Assembly: GCA_013265495.1 (NCBI GenBank)
Contig: MU058423.1
Coordinates: 6,238,939-6,302,938 of the forward strand
Direction of reading: 5' to 3'
Source of the DNA: Vicugna vicugna
Taxonomy: Eukaryota
Length of the DNA: 64,000 nt
Shown here: in pieces, positions 46,516 to 60,639 of the stretch
How positions within the stretch are numbered: position 1 is the first letter of the stretch
Layout of the letters: each line of letters begins with the position of its first letter
Notes under the pieces: generated by a model
The model's database searches: none
Told to the model about the DNA's origin: nothing
The model's input: only the letters and a program-made list of their open reading frames with translations
Program-made: the position numbers and the translations under genes

Positions 46516-49500
46516 AAAATTTGGTTGATGATGTGAGATAGGGAGGAGAGAGACTGGGGCTAAACTGAATAAGCAGAATGTCAATGGAACAAAATGCTTA
46601 AAATAGAGAATTAGGGTGACACGGCAGTATTTAACACAAAAAATTTCAAAGGATCTAATTGAACTCTACAGATGAAAAAGAATTTAGCTTTTTCTTTGTT
46701 TAGATCTTTAATTTGCAGATTAAAACCTGAAGCTAATCAAGATCAAATGACTCATTCAAGTGTATTCAAGATAAAGATCCAGATGCTTCTTGGAAATCAT
46801 GTCTCCAAACATACTATTAAATAAACCAAAGTGATACCAGCAGCACTGTTAGGTATTGGTAACATTATTAGGAAAAAGAACCCCTCACTCATCTTTCACA
46901 ACATTTTAAGTATCCAGCTGTTTTTGGAATCTCTCCTAGTGTCTCCCACGATCTGCTTAGTGACCCATTCCTCTATAATCCATTTTCATGTACACACAGG
47001 AAACACATTCATTCAGTGTGGAACACCCATCATAGTGTTTAGTATAGAATGACCCCCCCACTCATTTTATACATCCCTAATTTATACTTACGTCTTTTGA
47101 TGGACTTCGTTCTACTCAAGTCTTAAAATAACTACATATTTCTTTCAGCAAGACATTTCTTCTTTACCATTAATTGTTCTAAACAGAGTCAGCCAACTTT
47201 TCAGCACAACGTAGGCCCTCAGTATACACATGAGCAATATGATCATCCCCAAGATTTCTTCATTTCATAATAAAGACCTATGATAATGGGAGTCTGAATT
47301 ACACTGAAGACATCTCTGGAAGTTTGAGGTAAAAGTGCATTTATGTAACCTTTTGTGATTTTCATGAAAATACTCATATTCCATTCTTTAATATTTATCT
47401 CAATTGTATGTAAATTTCTTTGTATTTTAATAATATTTACAACTGAAGCCCTTGCTTATATGGTGGAGTGTGAATATAGTGATTAGTGTAACATGAAATC
47501 AATGAAAAGCCCAGAGCAATTTGCTGACTTTAATAGTGTAATTTAAGATCCTCCTAGTGACTTTCTTAATTTATCAGAAGTTAAATTTCAATTGCCTGAG
47601 AAAGTAATGAATATCATAGTTTGCCTTTTGCTCATAATATAAACTAAAAAAAAAAAAAAAAGAATCTGGAATTGTCCAGTGCAGAGGTAGCTAAACTATA
47701 GGGAAAACTAAAAACAAAAAAAACTATTGTTTCATTACCAGAAGGCTTGCTGTCACAATGAAGAGATTGGAAAGAATTCAAAATGAAATCCCAGACCACA
47801 AATATCAGGCAGAGCCCTGACAGTGAAGTCCAGAGAGGGAGCCTGACAGGCACCGTGAGAGACAGAGAAAGGACAGGAGAGGGAGAAAGAGAGAGGTTGA
47901 TCTAAGACACAGAGTTATTTCAGGGAAGGAAAAAATCCCAAGTAATTACTGACAGGCTTAGATTCTAGAAGCAGCCTGGTCTTTCAATAAAGTCTTCAAC
48001 ATACAAAGCCTGTTCTGTTTTCCTCGATTTAAGCTGTACACATTACTATTTTTCCAATGTGTAGAAAGAAGCATTTCTTAACCGTAATGGCGTTATTATC
48101 ACTCAGTGTGATCTGCTAGCATGTGAGAATTGTAAGAGCCACTGAAGTTTGGCTAATAATCGTGCTATGCTCTGAAGCATTCAGGACTGTCAGGAAGACA
48201 TGAGCTATTCCGAGTTGCACTGCTTATTTTGAGAAAGTGGTGCTCTCTGCGGGTGCTTGCATTTCCGTTGGCTTTGTTTTCTCTGCCAGCCCCACAAATG
48301 AAAGTGATTCATTTTATTTTTACTGAGCTCTGGCTTCACCACTCATTTCTTCCTACTCCCATTCACCATCTACACCAGCCTTATAGAATCTGTTTTTAAC
48401 CTCAAATTTCTCCATACTCTGACCAAAATTCCCAGCCCTTTTTCTCAAGCACAAATGTTACCCTTTACATGTAATGTTCATTTCTCCTCCACTTGACAGT
48501 ATGATCTTCAAAAGCAAAGAGCTTGTATATTTCTGCCATAATTATTCCAGGTTCTCAAAATACTTTGAATACATGATTTAATGAATGGATTTTGAAAAAT
48601 ATCTAATTGTTATACATGGAACATAGGCAGATAAACATACCTTGGCCAACAGGTTAGGATTACAAATATTCTTTACTTCTTAACTGTACATTCAGTTAAC
48701 ACTCAGGGACCTAGGTCCTAGAAGCACTAGCTAATAACTGTGTCCTATAATCAGATCATCAAAATGAATAAGAAATAAAAATGCCAAGAAATCACAAATA
48801 TGATGAAAAAAGGCCTAAAGTAGGGATATGTAAGTGACTAAATACTGGGAGCTAATTATATAGAAAAACGTTTAAATGGCCTTGATTTATAAAATAAAAA
48901 GCCAGTTCTTTGAAAAGAAAAATAAAAGTGCCAAACATTACAAATCTAATTGAGAAAAATGGAAATAAATCCCAAACAAAAACTACCAAAAAAGGAAACA
49001 CATATCAGATAGAAGAGATTTAGAACAAAAAAAGGTATAAAAGTTAATTTTTTAATTGTAAGGAGTTACTATGTAAAATGTCATGCCCATCAACTTTGAA
49101 AACTAAATTAAAAGAACAATTCCACTGAAAAGACATACTTAATGAAATTGCCACCAAATGGCCTAGGGGAATGAGGATTTACTGAACTTTTGCCCTTAAT
49201 GTGCACATCTTTTTATATTTGTACTTCAATGAAAAGTTTTAAATTGAGCTAAAAACTCTGAACAGAAGAGCAAGAGGGTGAAGAAAAAGGAAAAGGAAGA
49301 GGAAGAGAACAAGGAGAAAAAGGAGGAAGAGGAGGACCAGACAGAGAAGAGGTGAGGAGAAGGCAGGGAAGTGATGGAGGAAGCAGGAGGAGGAAATGCG
49401 AGGACAGTTATAAACCACCTCCCAATTAAAGTGCGATGGAGTGGTCCCTTACAGGTCAGAAATAAGGAGCGAGAATGCGAGCAGCCACTGGCTTTAGTGA

Positions 49501-49579
49501 AGACTGCTCTGGAAGTCCTAGGCAATGCATTAAGGGAATGTACTTGTCTATACTGGCTATAGTTAGGTACTTGTCTATA

Positions 49580-50050
49580 CTGAAAATACAAAAACTTTTA
49601 CTAAAAATTTGTAAGAACTAATAAGTGAAGTTAGCAGTGGTAAGTCAGTATATAAAGATGAATTCCTTTCTAATATACTGACATCTAACTATTGAAATAA
49701 TAACTGGAAGAAAAGCAAGGGGTATCATTTACAATTGCAACAAAAATAACAGATTTAGGTTTAAATTTAACAAGATATACAAAAACATTATGTATGTAGT
49801 AAAACATTATTCAAACTCATTAAAGTCATATTCATTGGATGGGAATCAAAATATTATAAAGATGACAATGCTTTCTCAATTTAAGTTATGCTTTTAGTTT
49901 ATTCATTCTCTGTAACTCTAAAGTATCAAAGTCTTCTTCATGGAATTTATAAACAGCTGATGCTTTAATTTATATAGAACAGCAGGAGCCCAGAATAACA
50001 ATTTTGAAAATGTATATGTGGGGAGATTTGCTCTATCATGTATCAAGTTT
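49580..50050 (+). mobile_element. Ancient L1 ORF2 fragment (L1ME-type)
   Basis: 'aactaataagtgaagttagc', 'catttacaattgcaacaaaaat', 'ttcattggatggg', 'ggggagatttgctctatca'. Confidence 0.65.
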
Positions 50051-50344
50051 TCATATATATACATACACACACATATATTATAGAACAATATGAAGCAGGT
50101 CAACATGCATGTGATAAGAATTCCAGATGGAGAAGAAAGAAACAGAAAAAAAAAACGAAGAAATAATGGCCACATGATAGCACTAAATATGGGGGTGTGG
50201 AGTAAATGGAAATAAAGCTATAAGATTCCTATATACTAAGTAATTCAATATTAACTAAGCATATTAAGATAAAATTTATAGGGTTCTTAGTAGAAAAATG
50301 CTAACAGTAATACAAAGAGATATGCTAGAACACCTAAATCGTCA

Positions 50345-51068
50345 AGAAATAGAAAATAAATAGACCAATAACTAGAAGAGACTGAATCAGTCATCAAAAA
50401 CCTGCCAACAAAGGAAAACACAGAACCAGATGGCTTCACAGGTGAATTCTACAAAATATTTGAAGAATTGATGCCAGTACTTGTTCAAACTCTTCCAAAA
50501 AATTTGAAGAAGGAGAGCTTTTAAACTTAATTTAGGAGTCCAGTGTCACTCTGATACCAAACCCAAAGACACTACAAGAAAATTACAGGCACATACCCCT
50601 GATGAATACAGATGAAAAAATCCTCAGTAAAACTCTAGCAAACCAAATTCAACAGCACATTAAAAGATCATACACCATGAATAAGTGAGATTTAACCTTG
50701 GGATACTGGGATGTTCAACATAAACAAATCGGTAACTGTGATACGCCATATTAACAGAATGAAAGAAAAAAAAACGTATAATCATCTCAGTAGACGCAGA
50801 GAAATAAATTGACAAAAATCAAACACTTTCATAATAAAAAATGTTCAACAAATTAGGTCCAGAAGGAATGTACCTCAACATAATAAAGGCTGTAAATGAC
50901 AAATGCACAGCTGAGATTACACTCAACAGTGAAAAACTGAAAGCTGCTCTTCTTGATCAAGAATAAGACAAGGATGCCCACTCTCACCACCTCTCTATCA
51001 ACAAGTACTCAAAAGTCCCAGCCAGAACAATTAGACAGGGGAAAAAAAAAGGCATCCAAGTCAGAAAG
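50345..51068 (+). mobile_element. L1 ORF2 fragment (Z region and N-terminal RT)
   Basis: 'ccagatggcttcacaggtgaattctac', 'ctagcaaaccaaattcaacagcacattaaaagatcatacaccatga', 'agacaaggatgcccactctcacca' (RQGCPLSP). Confidence 0.92.
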
Positions 51069-51379
51069 TACATACTTGAAAATAAACATAAAAGACGTAC
51101 AATGTACGTAGGAATATATCAGCAGAATTTTTTCAAGCCTCGCTTTCCTACTTTGCCTTCTCACTCGTGGTCCATCAGCTTGATTTAGTTATTCATTGTC
51201 TGTTTCACAGTATGGTAAGCTATTTTCTTAGGAAATTTTATCCATACATTTGGCTTCAAATACCACAAATGATTCTTAAATATGTATACAAATAGGATTT
51301 CTTCTTTAATCTGAACTCACAATTCAACTAAAATTTGAGGCAAATCAAATGCTGTATGTCTAAAATGTCAATGCTCCGT

Positions 51380-53315
51380 CTTCATCTTTCTTGAGTTACT
51401 GACAGCATTGGAGTTGTTTGCTTGCTCCTCTGAATCACTTTCCTTGCTTGACTTTCAGAGCACCATGTGCTTCTGTTTGTTATTCTACCTGAGTAACTAC
51501 TTCTAAGTTCCTTTGCTGGTTCTGCCTCACTTTCGAGACTGCATAACATTGCAATTGTATAGGGCTTAGTCCTTGGACCTCTTCTTTGTTTACTCCTTGA
51601 GTGAACTCATCAAGTCTCATTGATTTAAATTCTATCTACACTATTCAGGGTTTTCCAGGGAAACTGAACCAGTAGGAGATTATCTCTACTTCTCTCATCT
51701 CTATATCATCTATGTTATCATACTTCTTCTCTTTCCCTGAAGAATACATATGAGAGAGAGAGAGAGAGATTGAAAGACAGAGAGATTGATTTGTTATAAG
51801 GAATAGGCTTATGTGATTATGGAGACTCAGAAGTTCTAAGATCTCCTGTCTGCAACCTGGAGACCCAGGAAAGCCGATTGTGTAAATTTCAGTCTGAGTC
51901 CTAATGTCTGAGAACCAGCACTAATGGTGTAAGTTGCAGTCCTAGGACAGAAGAAAACCAATATCCCAGCTCACTCAGTCAGGCAAAAAGAAAGCAAATT
52001 CTCCCGTCACGTTTTTGTTCTATTCAGGTCCTCAATGGACTGGATGATGCCCACCCACGATGGGGAGGGCAGTCTACTTTACTTAGTCTACTGATTCAGA
52101 TGCTAAATCTCATCTGCAAATACTCTTACAGACACTCCCAGAAATCATGTTTAGCCAAATATCTGGGTACCCTTTGAGCCAGTCAAGATCACACATAAAA
52201 TTAACCATCACACTATCCATATAGATCATCTCCGCTGGTTTATAGCCCAAGTCTGATACATTCAGTAAACTCTTGAATGGCCCCATCTAGTTTCCTCTGC
52301 TGTATACCTCACTTAGCTGTCTTGAAGACATCTAAACCCTAGTCTATTCAAAGCTATCTCTCCAAAACTGGGCTCTCACACCAACATATTTCTTCATTAG
52401 TTCTCCCCAATTCAGTTAATAGATATTTCATTCTTACATCTTTTCAAGTAAAAACTTAGTCATCTAGTACTTCTTTCTTTCTTTCACATTCCAAATTATT
52501 TCGCCTTTGATTTTCAAACACTTTCAGACTCTAGTAATTTCTCATTACCTCTACTTCTATCACTATGGCCTAAACGACAATCATTTCTTGACCAGATTGT
52601 AATGAATGTCTAAAAATGGATCTCTTTGTTTCCACAATTTGGCTCTTCTGTTCTCAATATGACAGACCCTAGACAGTTTTTGTTTTCTTAAACATAAGTT
52701 AGATCATATCACTCTTCTGCTCAAAATCCTTTAAGAGCATCCCATCTCATTCAAAAGCTAAAGTCCTTATGCTGGTCCACATAGCTCTAAATAATCCTTC
52801 AACTCCACACTCTCAAACACTCTTTTCCTAATACTTCATTTCTTGTTCTGTTGGCTGCAACCACATTGGTCTCTTTGAGCATACACCGATTTGCTGGGCA
52901 CGTTTTCACATCAGGGACTTTAAATGGCTGTCCCCTCAACCTAGTGCTTTCCGTCTCACTCTCAGTTCAGATGGCCTCCAACTTCTTTCTTTACCTGCCC
53001 TGGGCTTTTCCTCTAATATTTCCTTCTTGGTGAGGTCTCCTAACAATGTCACATCAAACTACAACCTGTATTACACTCCTGATATTCCTAGCCTACTTTC
53101 AGCCATCGCACTTACCACCACCAAAAATTATTGTGTGTGTGGATATATACACACACACAATTATATATAATTATATAATATTATATATATATATAAAATA
53201 TATATTATATGTATAAATAGAGACAGCACTGATTTTTTCCCACTAGGAAGTATATTCTTAAACTGTTAGGTTTCTGTCACATCATAAATGCTCAATAAAT
53301 TTCTGCTCAATAAAT
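51380..53315 (+). mobile_element. L2 element split by an MLT2 LTR
   Basis: 'agggcttagtccttggacctcttct' before the LTR. 'gatcatatcactcttctgctcaaaatcc' and the L2 3' end 'tgctcaataaat..aatgaat' after it. Confidence 0.75.
51637..52212 (-). mobile_element. MLT2 (ERVL) solo LTR
   Basis: 'cagggttttccag..gaaccagtagga', 'ctggagacccaggaaagcc', 'ccagtcaagatcacacataaaattaaccatcaca'. Perfect 5-bp TSD ctatc (51632-51636 / 52213-52217). Confidence 0.92.
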
Positions 53316-55952
53316 GAATTACCGGGAATCACCATCTTACTCCCCATGCAGTCTTTCTCTTTTCTCCATTTCTTATCTTGGCAAATGGAGATTTCACGTG
53401 GCAATCATCAAAGTCAGAAATTGTCCCCTCTACCTGGTCTCACACATTCAATTGATCACAAAACTTCTTCAGCTTTCTCTTCTGATTTCCTCATTCTAAG
53501 ATCATAGATACTCTCTTAGCTTACCAATTAAAAATGTATCATCTGTAATAGAACAACCTTCCTGCTTCTAGCCTCACCTGCCTCAGATACATCCGGAAAT
53601 CATCTGCTGGAGCTGTCTTTCTACTGGTTTGTCACTATGATTAAGATTAGTATCCCATTTGTCTTTCTACGCTCCTTTGGCTGACATTCAAGACATTTTA
53701 CTTTATGGTCTCTGGCTCTCTCTGTCTCAAACTGCTACTACTGTTCTATACACACCAAGCGATAGGCATACAGTTTTTGAAGCATAAATTGCACTTTCTG
53801 ACTCTAGTACATGCTACACCTGTGTATCCAATGCTAATCAACCGTCTTCACCTGACAAAGCGGTGTGTTTTCCAATCAACTCACTCACTCACCCTCTTGG
53901 AGAATCAATAAACATTTCCTGAATGTTACTTTATCTTATTTCCCAGGCCATTTCTTGTGAACTTGCTATAACACTTGGTGTTTATGTTTATGTTAGCATA
54001 TAGTAATTACGTGGCACATATCTGTTTGCCCCCCTGCTCTCTGCCACACCCGCAAAACATGAAGATCTTGAAGGAAGAGACCATGTTTTTCACTAATGAA
54101 AAACATATCACAATTTTTTTCAGGCCCCATTTTGACCCAACATCCATCCTTTTACAATATGTCATTTTTGATTTAGAAACTGCTTGTGATTAGCATTCCG
54201 GCATTAACTCAAAAGCATGTAAAATAAAAATCAACCTCTTCTTAACATCCAGCTCAGTGCCTGTTGGTAGATGCTCAAAAAATATTTGCTGGTAGAGTAA
54301 ATGCAACCTTTTCATTGGGAGACAAAAAGAAAAAAAAGTTCTGCTCAAATGAGATGCTGACCGTAGCGACCATGCTTACATTTATGTGGACCATGAAGAG
54401 AATTACCTGGCCTCAAGGTGTTCAAGTATAATATAAACTTGCTCTGATACAAGAACTGGCTAAGAGATGCAGGTCATAAAAGGACCTGGTCCTGCAGAGG
54501 TTGCTTCATGATTTATAGAATGTATCATTCAGCTTAAATTTTCCAGAAGTTATTTCATCTCCTGATAGAAGTGAGATCAAGATATTTACATAAACAAACA
54601 AACAAACAAGTAAAGCTCTCATACTTATGTATGTCTCCTCTACCAGTGCCTCACCTAGCTTTAATCCACTGTAAATAGAAGTCAACTAAGTTATCTGGTC
54701 TTTTTTAAGAACTTATACAATAAACAAATTATTGAAGCTCTGAGTTAAGTTTTTCTCATCTTATTCTTTCTCCTGGATACACAACAAGAGAGAAAACATT
54801 GCTTCTTAGACTAAAAGCAAAATACCAGACAAATAAATTCTTTGTTTCTCAACCCCCCTTTTTTAAAAAAAATTTAGTACTATATAGATTGAATCATTCC
54901 TGTGGATATAAACATAAATTTGATTTAAAAGCCTTTTTAAGCTTCTAGGCCACAAGTATCAAGAAAAATAGAAACTATTCACATAAACAACAAACTTAAT
55001 TGAAAAACAGCAATATTGTTGAAAATTTAAGATAAGCTTAATTGGAATAATAGGAAACTTGCATAGGGTAGTAATGTATGAGTCCCTCTTCTAGCAATGT
55101 ATAAATAGCAACATTATATTTTCTATCATTATCCTTATTACATGCATAGAAAACCTGAGAAGGGAGATTTTAATTTTAACTTTGAAAATATTAAATTTAT
55201 AAATTTAACTCTGTGAAAGTTAGAGATGAACCATACCTAATATTAACTGAAAAAAGATTAAATAGAAACTATGGAAATATGAGTACATGCATTTATGTAT
55301 ATGTATGTATATATATAAACTATGTACATACACATATTTGAGCGAGAGAACTTGAAGGAGCCTAGAGAGCCATTCAGAAGTAACATAAGAGCAAATGTTA
55401 AAATGCATTTCCTATTACCATCTTTTAGTGAATTTAATGCAAAGATATTTTCCATTTGGATCCATTGTCTTTTGTTTATCTGTTGAAAAAAACATTTTGA
55501 ATAGCTGTATACTTTGAAGTCTCCCAGGTTGTAGCCTATTTGCATTTCCTGTCATCTGTGAAACTTCTTAAAACTCTTTAAGTAGGAATTTCTGCAGTTT
55601 CTTTTTCTAATGTAATAGGAAAAAATACAGAAAAAAGCAAATGGTAGAAGAAAACAGATGTAATCTTATGTTTGCTTACATTAACAACATGGCACTCCCT
55701 GATTTAATGTATCTCTCATTTTTGAATTGCAAGGTCTTTGATATTAAACTATTTGTAGACTATCACATTAATTATTGATGCTTTATAAATAATAAATGAA
55801 GGCCATAATAATGAAATAAAAATGTATGAGATTATCTCCTTCTAAGCTGATGAAAAACAACTTTAAAAATTATTTGAGCCACCAGGAATATTTGTAGGAA
55901 AAAAAAAAAGAACTCCATGGAAAATGTCAAGGAGTCAAATAATATTGCAAGA

Positions 55953-56830
55953 TTTATTTTTTTATTGAGACAAAATTCACATATGGTGAAATAATGGATC
56001 TTAACTTTACAACTCAATGAATCTTACTGTATACACAAACACACTTGTGTAACCAAAACACTTATCAAAACAGAATTTTTACATCACCTCATGAAATTCA
56101 TATTTCCCCATCCAGCCCAATAGGCATCCACTTTCCAAATTCTATTGCTAAAAATTTCTTTTGCCTTTTCCTGGGGATTTTTGTTTATTGTTTTTTCCTC
56201 CAGAGTCCTTTTTTTTTCTGTTTTCCTTTTTTGGGGGGAGCAGATAATTAGGTTTATTTATTTTTTTAATGGAGGTATTGGACCTGAACGCAGGACCTCA
56301 GTTGTACATGCTAAGCATGCGCTCTACTACTGAGCTATTTCCCTCCCCCTGCCCTCTTTGAATTCATTTTTATGAAGTTCAAGATAAGGCAAACAGTATG
56401 AACACTTCTATGATTGTCTTATTTTGCTAAACATTTTTTCAATTTATTCATGTTGTTGGAGCAGTAGTACATTATTATGAAATAGCATTCCATTAAGTGC
56501 CTATACAACAATTTGTTTATCCATTCCCTTATGATGGAATTAGGCTATTCTGAAATGTGTGACTACTTTGAGTAAAGCTATAAACATACTTATCCCAGCC
56601 TTTGTGGGAATATGCTTTCATTTCTCTTGGGTAAAGGAGTGGAATTACTAGCTCATGGGATAAGCATATGCAAAAGTTTTTATTTTTATTTTTTAAGTGC
56701 CAAAGAGTACACTTATCATTGATTTATAGGAGTGCTTTATATGTTTTTGTTACAAGTCTTTTGTTGATTTTTATTGTAGTTTTCTAAGTCTTTTCTTTGT
56801 GCTAACAGTGACTTGTAATATGCAAAACTT
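55953..56830 (-). mobile_element. Old L1 (L1MD/L1ME-type) 3' region, interrupted by a SINE
   Basis: 'ttttttattgagacaaaattcacata', 'caatttgtttatccattcc', 'gctttcatttctcttgggtaa' are L1 3' antisense phrases. Confidence 0.7.
56209..56349 (-). mobile_element. Camelid Vic-1-type tRNA-derived SINE
   Basis: The minus strand reads 'ggggagggaaatagctcagtagtagagcgcatgcttagcatg..gaggtcctgcgttcaggtccaatacctccatt..aaataaataaacctaatta..ctcccccc' plus an A-rich tail. It has Pol III A/B-box-like motifs and matches the recalled Vic-1 layout. Confidence 0.85.
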
Positions 56831-56869
56831 TCCAGTTCATTACATATTTTAATCATTCCATTTTAATTG

Positions 56870-58470
56870 CCATGGTAATTTTCAAGTAAACTTAATTTCT
56901 GGTGGTTATTCAAAGGACTAAAATATCCGTCCTTATCTCTCAGCCTTCTTATGGTTAATACTTTATCTGTTCAATTAAAATATAAGAACATTATCATATT
57001 TTTCCACTTATCAACCCACCATTTTATTCCATTGTTGTCATATATTTTGTATCTACAGATGCTATAAACCCAACAATACAATGTTATAACTTTTATTTCA
57101 CACGGTCAGTTTTCCTATTAAAAAGTCACTGTGTGTTTACCAACGTATTTCACTAGTGTTGCTGTTCCCCTGCTTGAATATGCTCTTTCTCTCTGGCTTC
57201 CTTCCCTTCTCTGGCTTTCCTCTTTATCTTTAGTTTTAAGCAGCTACACTAAATGTGCCTGTGTGGTTTTCTTTGTATTTATCCTTCTGAGGGTTTGCCA
57301 AGCTTCTTGGCTCTGTAAGCCCATGCTTTTCACCAAATTGGGGATATTTTCAGGTTTTTTTCCCCTCCACATATTTGTTCTCACTTATTCTCTGTCCCTT
57401 CTGTTTCTGAGATTCAAATTGCACAGATGTTACACCAATTAATACGGCCCCCAGACATTATTTGATCTCTTCAAGCCCACTGTGTCTTCTGCCATCTCCA
57501 ATCTGCTGTAAAGGCCATCGGGTGAAATCTTCATTTAAGACTTTGCATTTTTCAGTTTTCAAATTCTGTATTTTTTATGTATTCCAGTTCTCGTCTGAGA
57601 TTCCCCTTTGGTTCATCTTTTTCTTTAAGCCTTGAACATAATTTAGCTACTTTAAAGTTCTTGTCTGCCAATCCAATACCTAAGCCATCTGGAGGTATAT
57701 ATTTCTTTCAATTTCTTTTCTCCAAAATACGAGTAAGAATTTCCTATTTCTTTCCACTTCAAATAATTTTTGTGACGCTGAATAACATTTTAGAGATTTT
57801 CAAATGTGGTATCTTCTTCTGAAAAGTATTTTTATTCTAGTAAGTTTTATTCTAGTAATTTAAATTAATAATGTTCACTTTTAATTTTTGATTGTGTTAG
57901 TTATTAGAAAGCCAAAGATGTTAACCAAGCTCTTCTAACTGAGGTTCTCAAATTCCAAACTCTGCTTCCTTTGATGGCAAAACTGAAATCTCTGCTGTCT
58001 TTTCTACCCTCCCAAATGTTTTTTTCTTTAGAGTTTCTCCCACTCATGTGCAGGTGTGTAGTTCAGAGGTCACTCGGGGATTTGAGATGCATTCAGGTGC
58101 AGATGTGAGGCCTTCCACTTCTGTGGCTTTCTCCTTGCATTACTCCCCATCCTTCCATTTCCAGCCACTCAGTCTCAAAGTTTATCTTCTGACGCTTCAA
58201 GCCAGAAGGACTGTGCTTTACTGCTTGAGTTCTAGGCACCCAATTGCTTGCTGACAGGACAGTGCTCGCAGGGAGAAAGCTACACAAACGTGAATATTTC
58301 CCAGTGTGGTTTTCTTTTTCATGATTGGATTCTTTTCAGTTTCTACTAGTTTTGTCTACTCTCTGCTGCCTTCAGACAAAAATTTCCCCACAGTTTGTAA
58401 TTTTAACTCATGGTAAATCCTCTATGATACAAGTTGTCTTCATTACCAGAAGCAGATCGCCATTAAGATA
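56870..58470 (-). mobile_element. Ancient L1/HAL1 fragments (5'/ORF1 region)
   Basis: 'ttttcaccaaattgggga', 'ctgccatctccaatctgctg', 'tttaaagttcttgtctgccaatcca' resemble old-L1 antisense sequence. Confidence 0.55.
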
Positions 58471-60129
58471 CACTTTTTATTGCGTGTTTCAACAACTCAA
58501 TGTCCCTTCAACTTGTATTTACTTCTCAGTTATGTTAATTTTTTGTGGGTTTTTCCATTATTCAAATGTTCAGTGTAGTTGAACTTATCCTTTTTAAAAT
58601 GTCACAATACACTGAACTAATGTCATTTGCTGAACCTTACTTTAATACATTTTTCACTAATCTTCACAATTATTTCTAGTAACCAAAGGTATTAATATTA
58701 ATATGTTTGGAATTAAAATATCTGATGATGCCTTTTATGCTGGCTGATGAATTTTAATAAATCGGGGTTATACTAGTTTCACATTAGGAATGTCTAATTG
58801 AAAATAATTCTACAGCATTAAAATATTAACTAAAAATATAATTTATATAGTTTTAGAAATCAGACCCACAGTCTATTGTGTTTAATTAAAGCTCCTGATA
58901 TAGTTCATCCTCAGGAATGTAAATAATGAACACTTTGGATAGTCTAGGAACAAAATATTCAAAATCACAAGCAGTTGAATGTTTCACAGAGCGAAATCTT
59001 ATTATTAATAGTCCTTGGCTGAAATATATGATCTTCAATTGATGATGTAAGATATTTAGCTTTCGTTTCAATTGAAGTCATCATGGTAGGGGAAAGTTAA
59101 TTCACTGACTCTAATGCATGACAGCAGAAATGAAAGGAGTGAGCTGTCTGCCTCTCCCTGTTTTGAATCTTCCATGCTCAGCAGAAAACCGGGATGCTCA
59201 TATTCTCTGCTATTAAAGTGAACATAAGCTCCAGAGACTCGTAATTTCCAGACAATCCAAAAGCTATTCAGTTTTAATGTAGTCAATCATCTATATCAAA
59301 TAATTTGGTTTATAGCAATCTATTTCACTTCATCCTCCTGAAAGTTAACTTACTTCCCCCATGTTTTGCGACTTACTCCATACCACATTTAAAAATTCTG
59401 ATGTGTCTGTGCATGCGAATGAAAGAAGCCAAGATGAGTGGCTATTAGTCCTTCCTACGTTCCTCTAACTTGCCCAGTGATGAAGAAAGTTAATCTGGTA
59501 ACTTCAGGCTCAACCTGTTGCAGGATTGGGGCCAAGAAAGTCCAGCATAGAGTAGAGGCTAGTGAGAACCAGAATTAATTTGCTGCCTTTTGACCAAGTA
59601 TGAATATAATCCTGTGGACTCCATAGAATCCTGTAGATAAAGCTGATTTTCCAAATCTCCCGCAGTAAAGGCCAATCTGGATAACTTCTTCTTGATATAA
59701 AGCACCAATTTTCAATATATATACATATACTAAAATCAGAGTCCTGAAAAATATACCCGAGAGATTTACTTGTAACTATATTGCTATGTGTAGCTCTGAC
59801 TAGTTTTCAATGCACAAAGGCACTAAATTCTGTTTCCAGTATTACTGTCAGCACACTATCTGCCTCGTGCCAAGAGCCAATAGAGCATCAAAGATCCTGA
59901 GAACTTATAATGACTCCTCTTCCCTTCTAGTTCTCTTCCCTGCAGTTTACTTGAGACCACCTGGTTTATAATGTGGGTTCTCTACGAACCTAAACTTGCA
60001 ATCTAAGATCCTCTTCGCTTGTAATAAAACATTCAGAGCTAGTCAATTGTCCAGTCCCTGTACAGCATCAGCCTCTCCCTCTCCCTTTTGGTAGCTTTTG
60101 GGATTTGTGCCTTTTTTTTTTCTTTTTAC

Positions 60130-60320
60130 ACATTGTATGCTAGAACCACACTAGATACCTTGTGTTATTTCAGTTAATATCCAAATGACTGCATGAGGCT
60201 GGTGCAACAGTATGCTCATTAATCAGATGAGGGCACTGGGATTATGGAATTTAAATATTATGTCTAATTATACCCAGCTATGAAATAGTTGTCAAAATCT
60301 GAACCCAGTCTCTCTCATTA
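60130..60320 (-). mobile_element. MIR
   Basis: 'gctcattaatcagatgagggcactggg...atacccagcta...atctgaacccagtc'. Confidence 0.65.
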
Positions 60321-60574
60321 CAAAACTTGTTTTCCCCTATATCATGAGAATTTTTATAACTCCTATATCTCACAGCTGATATTAGCTCTCAATCCCATAT
60401 TAGCTAAAACCATGAAGAAGTGCGCTTCAGTGAAGAGAAATAACAGCAGGTGTTAATATTGGAATAGCACAGAGTTTAGTTGAGTCAAACAAGATAAAAA
60501 AAATAGATGTACCAAAGTTGAGAAAACCGTAATTTTTTAATTTAAGCAGATCTACATTTAAATCCTAACACTTA

Positions 60575-60639
60575 CTGTGCTGTACACCAGAAATGGACAC
60601 ATTGTAAACTAACCATACTTCAATACAAATAAATAAATA
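60575..60639 (+). mobile_element. Very short L1 3' terminal insertion inside a MIR remnant
   Basis: 'ctgtgctgtacaccagaaatggacacattgtaaact..tacttcaat' plus a (AAAT)n tail. TSD aaatcctaacactta / aaatcctattactta (60560-60574 / 60640-60654). Confidence 0.85.

Noticed and set aside
56270..56349. tRNA-like sequence on the minus strand
   Set aside because: It has a degenerate B box and stem with a SINE body and tail attached, so it is a SINE head, not a tRNA gene.
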